Positions 57,194-64,000 of a DNA stretch of 64,000 bases are shown here, one piece after another. The first letter of the stretch is position 1. Every line of letters starts with the position of its first letter. The stretch covers positions 5,760,001-5,824,000 of the forward strand of contig OZ252299.1 of NCBI GenBank assembly GCA_965250285.1, in the 5' to 3' direction. Below the pieces are notes generated by a model that saw only the letters and a program-made list of their open reading frames with translations, ran no database searches and was not told the origin of the DNA. The stretch comes from Myxococcota bacterium. GTDB lineage: Bacteria > Myxococcota_A > UBA9160 > UBA4427. The position numbers were made by a program, and so were the translations under genes.

Positions 57194-58603
57194 TCAGAAC
57201 TTCAGGACCGCCTGGGTGTAGACGTAGTCCGAGTCCTTGGTCGCAACGGCGTTCGGCGCCTTCTTCATGAACTCGCCGCGGAACAGGTGCGCGTAGCCGA
57301 CCTCGAGCCGCAGGTTGCCCGGCAGCGGGTTCCAGCGGACGCGCACTTCGATCTGATCGCCGAGGAAGCTGCCCGACTGGCCGGTGGGATCGACGACGCC
57401 GGTGGTCGTCCAGCGGTCGCGCTTCTGCGCGAGCCAGAACGCACGGTACGCGAAGAAGCTCGACCACTTCTTGGCGGGCTTCACCTGGAGCCGCATGCCC
57501 ACCGTATTGAGGTTCGAACGGGCGAAGGGGCCGTAGATGCCGGTCGGCCCGAACTCGAAGCGGCGCGCGCCGAACAGCGTGTCGAAACGCCCGTTCTTGT
57601 CGTCGTTCGGGTTCTTGTCGCCGCTCGCGTAATCCCACTGAATCACGAGCCTTGGCTGCCACGGCGCGTCGAAGGTGTAGCCGCCCGCCGTGTGGAGGAA
57701 GTACGCGAAGTGATCGAGGTTCTGAGTCGAGGAGCGATTCGCCCGGGACTCGCCCCACTGCAGCGCGCCCTCGAACTCGTAGTCGAGCTGGCTCACGCGG
57801 GGGAGGCGAAAGAGCCGCACACCCGACGTGAAGAGATTTCGGTTCGGCGTGCTGCGCTCGGAGTTGTCGCGCTCGTGCAGGCCGAAGATGTAGAGCTCGA
57901 GGCCGAGGCCCGAGGTCGTCTCGCTCGCGGCGAAGAGGCCCCAGAACTGCTGATCGACACTCTCGCGGTCGATCTCGATCGTGTTGTCCTGCAGCGCCGG
58001 CTGATCCTGCGCAGTCGGGCGTCGAAACTGCGGCGCCGTCCAGAACGCGCGATAGGTGGTGCGCGTCTCGCCGTGACTCTGCCACTCGATGTCGACGCCG
58101 GTGAAGCCATTGATCGTGTTTCGGAAGCGGTTGCGCGCGACGAAGCGACGGCTGCCGACGTCCATCGTCATGCGTCCACCGGTCACGCGCAGATCGCCCC
58201 CGAACACGTCTTCGGCGCGCAGGTCGGCGTAGGCGCGGATCAGCTCGACCGAGTTCACGATCGTCGTCGTGAGAAACGTGTCTTCGGTGACGTACGCGCG
58301 CGAGTCCTGCATCTCGGCGCCGATGGTGATGCCCTTCATCGGCGAGACCTTGCCGTCGACCAGCGTACGCAGCACGACGACCTGATCCGAAGGACCGCCG
58401 ACCCGGACGACGCGAAACTGCTCGCTCAGGTACTCGTAGCGGGTGCGCTGGGTGACGCTCAGCGAAACCAGATTGGTCGGGATCGCGTCGTCGAGCCGCC
58501 ACGGCTCCGCGTGCGCCGAGCCCACCGGGAGCGACGTGCCGCAGACGAAGAGGAGGAGCCCCGCGACGAAGGCGGATCGGAGGCGAAGGGACGCGACGAC
58601 CAT
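57194..58603 (-). CDS. Alginate export (AlgE-like) outer-membrane porin family protein
   Basis: RTRYEYL, EMQDSR, GSRRFVARNRFRNTINGFTG, ASGDKNP..FDTLFGARRFEFGPTG; C-terminal LKF. Confidence 0.8.
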   Translation of the reverse strand: MVVASLRLRSAFVAGLLLFVCGTSLPVGSAHAEPWRLDDAIPTNLVSLSVTQRTRYEYLSEQFRVVRVGGPSDQVVVLRTLVDGKVSPMKGITIGAEMQDSRAYVTEDTFLTTTIVNSVELIRAYADLRAEDVFGGDLRVTGGRMTMDVGSRRFVARNRFRNTINGFTGVDIEWQSHGETRTTYRAFWTAPQFRRPTAQDQPALQDNTIEIDRESVDQQFWGLFAASETTSGLGLELYIFGLHERDNSERSTPNRNLFTSGVRLFRLPRVSQLDYEFEGALQWGESRANRSSTQNLDHFAYFLHTAGGYTFDAPWQPRLVIQWDYASGDKNPNDDKNGRFDTLFGARRFEFGPTGIYGPFARSNLNTVGMRLQVKPAKKWSSFFAYRAFWLAQKRDRWTTTGVVDPTGQSGSFLGDQIEVRVRWNPLPGNLRLEVGYAHLFRGEFMKKAPNAVATKDSDYVYTQAVLKF

Positions 58604-58829
58604 TGCGGTGAGGGGTCTCCGTCGAGGACCGGAAGGGCGGGGCTCACCGCTGGCGCAGAGGGCCGCGGCCGGGGAGCCGAATCGAGCGCCGCAGCATAGC
58701 GGCCGGGATCGATCGCGTGAAGGCGGCGCAACGCGCCCGCGGGCAACCGGGGCGGGCTCCCGCACGGGCCGCGAGGGATCGGCGCCGAACCCGATTCAGC
58801 GATCTGGATCGAATCCTGTCGCCGCCTGC

Positions 58830-59684
58830 TCAGTTGCCTCCCTCGGCCGAGAAGAGCCAGGTGGCCGAGGCCATTCGCACTGCCCCGCCCGTGTGGAAGG
58901 GGGCAAGGTCGGTGATCGCCGACGCCTTGGCGGCTGCCCGGATCTCGTCGTTCGCGTTCCGCAGCGCAGCACCGGCCGGACCCATCTGAAGCAACAGGTC
59001 GACGGTCTGATCGAGCGCGAGTCCCTCGCCGATCGCGAGCTCGATCTCGATCGGCTCGAACGTGACCGCTTGCCAGCCCGCATCGACCAGCTTGCGCGCG
59101 GTGGCGTCGGCGTCAGCGAACGAGAACGGGCCGGGCCCTCCTTCGGGCGGGCGCGGGGGCATCTCGACGTGCTTCGCTGCCGAGAGAGCGGGCAATACCA
59201 TCCACGGGTTGTTCGCGATCTCCTGCCAACACACGAAGCAGAGGCGACCGCCCGGTGCGAGGGCGGTGCGGATGTTCGCGAAGGCGGCCACCGGGTCGTC
59301 GAAGAACATCACCCCGAAGCGCGAGAACACGAGGTCGATGCTGCTCGGGGCGAAGGCGCGCACCTGCGCGTCGCCCTGTTCGAAACGGACGTGCGACTGA
59401 CCGGCTGCTTCGGCGCGGTGCCGGGCATCGGCGAGCATCGGCCCCGAGAGATCGACGCCGGTCACGCTGCCGCTCGGTCCGACGCGGCGGCCGAGCTCGA
59501 TCGTCGTCTGGCCACAGCCACAGCCGACGTCGAGGACACGCTCCCCTTCGCGGGCGGCGGCGTGATCGAGCGCGCGGAGACCGATGGGCGCGATCTGCTG
59601 GTCGATCACGTCGGCGTTCTCGACCCACTTGGGTCCGTTCACCACGTTCCAGTATTCGGTCTGCTCGGCATTGGGCTGCGTCAT
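58830..59684 (-). CDS. Class I SAM-dependent methyltransferase
   Basis: NAEQTEYWN..GPKW, VLDVGCGCG, SRFGVMFFDDP, PGPFSFAD. Confidence 0.92.
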   Translation of the reverse strand: MTQPNAEQTEYWNVVNGPKWVENADVIDQQIAPIGLRALDHAAAREGERVLDVGCGCGQTTIELGRRVGPSGSVTGVDLSGPMLADARHRAEAAGQSHVRFEQGDAQVRAFAPSSIDLVFSRFGVMFFDDPVAAFANIRTALAPGGRLCFVCWQEIANNPWMVLPALSAAKHVEMPPRPPEGGPGPFSFADADATARKLVDAGWQAVTFEPIEIELAIGEGLALDQTVDLLLQMGPAGAALRNANDEIRAAAKASAITDLAPFHTGGAVRMASATWLFSAEGGN

Positions 59685-59810
59685 CGGGGCCTCGAGTGGG
59701 AGGGGCGCGGGCTGTGCGATGATAGGCAGGCGCGCGATGGCCGGGTACCGGGCTCGCATGGCGCTCTCTTCTCTCGCAAACCTCTCTTGCAAAGCAGGCT
59801 GCGGATCACG

Positions 59811-60812
59811 ATGTCGACGGCCCCCGACGTGCTGCGATGGTCTCTCGGCGAGGGCGCGCTCGACGACGCGCACCTCGAGACGCCCGGGTTCCCGCTCGTG
59901 CTCGACATCGATCCGGGGGGCGCTGCCTGGGCCGAGGTCGCCGAATGGGTCGGCGACAGCGCGCGCGTCATCGCCGCCGCAGCGCGGGCGTGCGGCGCGG
60001 TGGTGCTGCGCGGCCTGCCCGTGTCGAGTGCGGATGACTTCGACGCAGTGATCGGCGCGTTCGGCTGGCCGAACTTCGCCTACGCCGAGTCGCTCTCGAA
60101 CGCGGTGCGCACCAACCTCACGCCGCGCGTGTTCACCGCCAACGAGGCGCCGCCCGAGGCGACGATCGGCCTGCACCACGAGATGGCGCAGACCCCCGTG
60201 CACCCGAGCCGCCTCTTCTTCTACTGCGAGCAGCCCGCCGACCGGGGCGGCGCAACCTCGCTCTGCCGAAGCGACCACCTGTACGAGCGCCTCGAACGCG
60301 TCGAGCCACGCTTCGTCGACGACTGCGCGAAGCTCGGCCTGCGGTACAGCCTGGTCATGCCCGAAGAGGACGATCCCGGTTCGCCGGTCGGTCGCAGCTG
60401 GCGGAGCACGTTCGGCTGCAGCGATCGCGGGGCCGTCGAGCAGCGCATGGAATCGCTCGGCTACGAGGGGGCGTGGCTCTCGGACGGCAGCTTGCGCACC
60501 ACGACGCCGGTGCTGCCGGCGATTCGTGCGCTCGGTCCAGATCGCTTCAGCCTCTTCAATCAGCTGATCGCGGCGCGTTCGTGGAAGGATGCACGCAATG
60601 CGCCGCGCACCGCGGTGCGATTCGGCGACGGTCGGGCCCTGCCCGACGACGCGTGGGCGGCGGTGGGCGAGCTGGCCGCCGAAGAGATCCACGACCTCGA
60701 GTGGCAGCGCGGCGACGTGGCGCTCGTCGACAACTTCGTGGTCATGCACGGCCGCCGGAGCTTCGAGGGGCGACGTCGGGTGCTCGCATCGCTGGTGCCC
60801 CGCGAAGCGTGA
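59811..60812 (+). CDS. TauD/TfdA-family Fe(II)/2-oxoglutarate dioxygenase-like (SyrP type)
   Basis: LHHEMAQ, LFFYCE, GGAT, WQRGDVALVDN..MHGRRSFEG. Confidence 0.88.
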   Translation: MSTAPDVLRWSLGEGALDDAHLETPGFPLVLDIDPGGAAWAEVAEWVGDSARVIAAAARACGAVVLRGLPVSSADDFDAVIGAFGWPNFAYAESLSNAVRTNLTPRVFTANEAPPEATIGLHHEMAQTPVHPSRLFFYCEQPADRGGATSLCRSDHLYERLERVEPRFVDDCAKLGLRYSLVMPEEDDPGSPVGRSWRSTFGCSDRGAVEQRMESLGYEGAWLSDGSLRTTTPVLPAIRALGPDRFSLFNQLIAARSWKDARNAPRTAVRFGDGRALPDDAWAAVGELAAEEIHDLEWQRGDVALVDNFVVMHGRRSFEGRRRVLASLVPREA

Positions 60813-60818
60813 TGCGGC

Positions 60819-61877
60819 TCAGTCGCCGGGCATTGGCGCGGCTCCGCTCGCCTCGCCCGCGATGCGGGGCACCGAGGCTGCCTTGACCGCGCCGCGGTCG
60901 AGGAACCACGCGTAGGTGTCGTGGAGCGTCGTCGCCGCGGGGCGCCACGCCACACCGAGGTCGGCGACGGCCGGCGAGTCGGCCACCGCACGCCAGCGCG
61001 TCGCGATCTCCATCGACTCCTTCGTCATCGGGACCGCGCGGCCGGTGAGCTTCGAGACGACGTCGCCGAGTCGGCCGGCCGTACGCAGCACGAAGCCTGG
61101 CGCGCGCAGTGACGGAATCGGGCGCCCGGCCACGTCGCCGATCGTGCGGACGAGGTCGGGCCACGCGAGGAAGTGACCGGCCGCGACGACCCCACCGTGG
61201 CGGCGCTCGTCGACGATGCGTTCGAGCAGCGCGGCCAGGTCGCGGCCGTCGACGAACTGCGTGCCTCCCTCGCTGTCGATCATGAACTGCAGGAAGCTGC
61301 GGAAGGCGCTCATCGATTCGCTGCGGCCCGGATCGTCGGGGCCGATGATCGCGCTCGGATAGACGATGGCGATCGGCGCGCCGTCTTCGAGGAGACCGCG
61401 CGCCAGGGCATCCGACGCCGCCTTCGAGCGGCCGTAGCGCGTACCCGACGCGACCAGGGGCGCGTCGGCGCGCGTTGCCTCGGGTGCACGGGTGTCGAGG
61501 ATCGCGGTCAAGCTCGAGACGAAGACGATCGGGTCGCAGCCGGCGTCGCGCGCGGCCCCCAACACGACGCGCGCGCCTTCGACGTTGGCCGCGAACGGAT
61601 CCCCGCCGCCCGCGCGCGTCACCGAGACCGCGGCGGCGGCGTGGATCACCGCGTCGCAGCCGTCGACCGCGCGACGCACCGCGGCTTCGTCGGTCATGTC
61701 GCCTCGAACGAAGTCTTCGTCGCGCAGACCGAGGGGGCCGAGGTGGGCGCGCGCCTTGTCGAGGCTGCGAACGAGCGCGCGCACGCGGTGGCCGCGATCG
61801 ATCAGCCGGGCCGCCGCGTGGCGACCGGTGAAGCCGGTCGCACCGGTCACGAGCACTCGGCGAGCGTGGGTCGGCAT
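60819..61877 (-). CDS. NAD-dependent epimerase/dehydratase (extended SDR)
   Basis: VTGATGFTG, VIHAAA, YGRSK. Confidence 0.9.
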   Translation of the reverse strand: MPTHARRVLVTGATGFTGRHAAARLIDRGHRVRALVRSLDKARAHLGPLGLRDEDFVRGDMTDEAAVRRAVDGCDAVIHAAAAVSVTRAGGGDPFAANVEGARVVLGAARDAGCDPIVFVSSLTAILDTRAPEATRADAPLVASGTRYGRSKAASDALARGLLEDGAPIAIVYPSAIIGPDDPGRSESMSAFRSFLQFMIDSEGGTQFVDGRDLAALLERIVDERRHGGVVAAGHFLAWPDLVRTIGDVAGRPIPSLRAPGFVLRTAGRLGDVVSKLTGRAVPMTKESMEIATRWRAVADSPAVADLGVAWRPAATTLHDTYAWFLDRGAVKAASVPRIAGEASGAAPMPGD

Positions 61878-62142
61878 GAGCGCCTCCGAAACAGCGCGGC
61901 GCAGTCTGCCGCAGCGGCGCGGCGTTGGCCCGGCTGACTTCCTACGAAAGGCGCGGCGACGAAACCGGGGCGCACGCGGGCCGACCAACGCTGGAATGCA
62001 CCGCCGGCGATCCGTTCGGGCGGGTGGGGGTATCACCGTACATGGGATGCGCAATGGATCGCGGGCTCACTCCGCCCGGGGTCGTCGTCGCGGGATGGGT
62101 GTGTGCTGAGCGAGGCGCAGCGTGAACGCGTTCGGGTGGGGC

Positions 62143-62310
62143 TCAGCGCGTGACGTAGAGCATGCTGCCGACGAAGAGCGCGACCGCAGGCGCTGCGAGG
62201 ACGGCGAGACCCGGCACGAAGAAGGCGGGGTAGAAGAGCGCGAAGCTCGAAACGATGCCGACGACCGAGGAGGCTTCGAGCACGGTTTCGTTCGTGGAGA
62301 TGATTCGCAT
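62143..62310 (-). CDS. Putative 55-aa membrane protein
   Basis: MRIISTNETVLEASSVVGIVSSFALFYPAFFVPGLAVLAAPAVALFVGSMLYVTR; GAAAGG RBS; GC-rich third codon positions. Confidence 0.5.
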   Translation of the reverse strand: MRIISTNETVLEASSVVGIVSSFALFYPAFFVPGLAVLAAPAVALFVGSMLYVTR

Positions 62311-62415
62311 CGGATGGCCTTTCGTGACGGATTCGGTGACGGAATCTCCACTCTTATTCGGCCCAGGTGACATCTGAGTTGAGCGGAGTTGACAGCGAAT
62401 CTGAGAGTCTTTTGA

Positions 62416-62428
62416 TATCAGATATTTA
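62416..62428 (+). promoter_or_regulatory. IHF-consensus site within an AT-rich island
   Basis: TATCAGATATTTA matches WATCARNNNNTTR exactly. Confidence 0.35.
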
Positions 62429-62608
62429 TGCCGATGCAAAGGCGCCGTTTTCTCCACATTTATTTCGTCTTTTTTTCGTCTTTCGGGCGGCCGCGAGTGC
62501 CTTGTGACGTTCCCATGGAGTGGGGCGGGCCACTCTCGATCCGGGCTATCTCCTCGGCCGTTCGGGCCGGGGTCGGAGAGCAGGACAGCAGGACAGCAGG
62601 AGAGAAGG

Positions 62609-63172
62609 ATGAAGACGCGAGATGACGACCAGAGGCAGTCGGGGCGGAGTCGCGCGCCGCTCGCGCCGAAGGGTGCGCCGGCTCGGCGATGGCTCGCCGC
62701 CGCATCGGGCGCCTTCGTGGCTGCGATCGCGTTCGCCTGTGCGAGCCCTCCGGTCGTCGAGACCGTGCGGGCCGATGACGGGATCGACTTCGCGACGCTG
62801 AAGACGTTCCACATCATCCCGACCGAGGACGCCGAGGGCCGAAGCTACCTGGCGATCGAGGAGGCGATCGTCCGCGAGCTCTCGGAGACCGGTCGCACGC
62901 AGGCCCCGGCGGAGACCGCCGACATGTGGGTGGTGTACCGAGCGAGCACGCTCGACCGGCAGAAGCGCCGCACGGTGGCCGACCCCGATGCCAACGCCTA
63001 CCGGATCGTCAGCTACGTCGAAGGCACGCTCGCGATCGACGTCTTCGACCGCGATGCCGCCCAGCGCATCTGGCACGGACAGACCGTGGTCGACGAGCGC
63101 TCGCGCGAGGCGCTGCTGAAGCAGGCCGACCGCATCGTCAAGGCGATCCTCGACGAGCTGCCCGAGCACTGA
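62609..63172 (+). CDS. DUF4136-like lipoprotein
   Basis: Lipobox-like AFAC; DFATLKTF, YVEGTLAIDVFD..IWHG, ILDELP. Confidence 0.8.
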   Translation: MKTRDDDQRQSGRSRAPLAPKGAPARRWLAAASGAFVAAIAFACASPPVVETVRADDGIDFATLKTFHIIPTEDAEGRSYLAIEEAIVRELSETGRTQAPAETADMWVVYRASTLDRQKRRTVADPDANAYRIVSYVEGTLAIDVFDRDAAQRIWHGQTVVDERSREALLKQADRIVKAILDELPEH

Positions 63173-63199
63173 TTCGGGTCGTGCCGGCGGCAGCGTCGC

Positions 63200-64000
63200 T
63201 CAGGTCGGTTCGGCTGCGGCCCGCTCGTGCCGCAGCACGTGACGCCGCCGCAGCAACACGGCGACGAACACGATCGGATACCCGACGGCGCCATAGAGCC
63301 CGCTGAAGAGCGTCAGATCGAGTCGGTCGAGGCCCGACATCGCGACGATGGCCGTGACCGCGATGTTGCGCGCCGAGAACTCGATGAGAAACGTGAAGCG
63401 GTCGTCGGGCGGCAGGCGCATCAGCGTCGCCGTGCCCCAGCCGAGCGCAGCCGCGAGCACGGTCCAGATCGCGGCACCGACGGCCGCGATCGGTGCGCCC
63501 TCGAGGAGACTTGCGTCGGTGTCCTCCGACGTCGCGACGCCGATCACGACAGCGAGCCCGATGGCGATGAAGGTCAGGCGCTGCAGCCGCGGGGCGAGGA
63601 TCGCGGCGCGCTCGGGGTTGCGCGTCCGCATCCACATCCCCAGGCCGATCGGCAGAAAGAGACTGACGAAGAGCTGAACCATCAGGCCGCCCACCGGCAC
63701 CTCGACCCGACCGGCGTCGCTCAGGAAGAGGCCCATGATGACGGACGAGAGCAGCGGCAGCGTGAGCACCGCGAAGACCGAAGCCATCGCGGTCAAGGTC
63801 ACCGACAACGCGACGTTGGCCCGCCCGAACGCGGCCGCGATGTTCGACATCCCGGCACCAGGCGAGACGGCGAGCAGGATCGCGCCGGCCCCGAACGAGG
63901 GCGAGAGGCCGAGCGTCGAGACGAGGGCGAAGGTCATGAGCGGCAGCGTGAGCCACTGGCCGATCGTGCCGCTGACGACCGCGCGGGGTGCCCTGAAGAC
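63200..64000 (-). CDS. Bile acid:sodium symporter family protein; 5' end outside the window
   Basis: GTIGQWLTLP, SPGAGMSNI, ANVALSVTLT, IEFSARN; frame is open to the window end. Confidence 0.88.
   Translation of the reverse strand, partial: VFRAPRAVVSGTIGQWLTLPLMTFALVSTLGLSPSFGAGAILLAVSPGAGMSNIAAAFGRANVALSVTLTAMASVFAVLTLPLLSSVIMGLFLSDAGRVEVPVGGLMVQLFVSLFLPIGLGMWMRTRNPERAAILAPRLQRLTFIAIGLAVVIGVATSEDTDASLLEGAPIAAVGAAIWTVLAAALGWGTATLMRLPPDDRFTFLIEFSARNIAVTAIVAMSGLDRLDLTLFSGLYGAVGYPIVFVAVLLRRRHVLRHERAAAEPT

Noticed and set aside
57194..58603. Alginate biosynthesis locus
   Set aside because: Only an orphan AlgE-like porin; no polymerase or modification genes nearby.

Overview
High-GC window (roughly 70% by eye), gene-dense, from a diderm bacterium: it encodes a TonB-dependent receptor, outer-membrane barrels, an RND pump and type IV pilus genes. 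The gene mix (DUF3604-like protein, several amidohydrolases, sulfotransferases, Rieske oxygenase, CehA/McbA-like hydrolase) suggests an uncultured Myxococcota/deltaproteobacteria-like lineage, which is inference only. About 45 CDS, mostly lipid/aromatic metabolism and transport. No rRNA, tRNA, CRISPR array, transposase or prophage was recognised. Main points of interest: (1) a family of long palindromic MITE-like elements starting right after TAG stop codons: four tandem 135-bp units at 4.1-4.7 kb, one copy at 55.6 kb, and a sequence-divergent relative at 35.5 kb that keeps the same internal-loop motif; (2) a probable metal-uptake locus: ZnuD-like TonB receptor, then a His/Cys-rich leader-like protein, a hairpin-rich spacer and a His/Met-rich outer-membrane barrel, plus a ZIP-like/ArsP-like fusion permease elsewhere; (3) a fimT-pilV-pilW-pilX-pilY1 cluster with a candidate sigma-54 promoter and an Ig-like lipoprotein; (4) an unnamed small domain in frame with an SDR ahead of a Rieske oxygenase and a sulfotransferase. 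All family calls come from motif recognition, not database searches. Start codons were chosen by eye from RBS and context.
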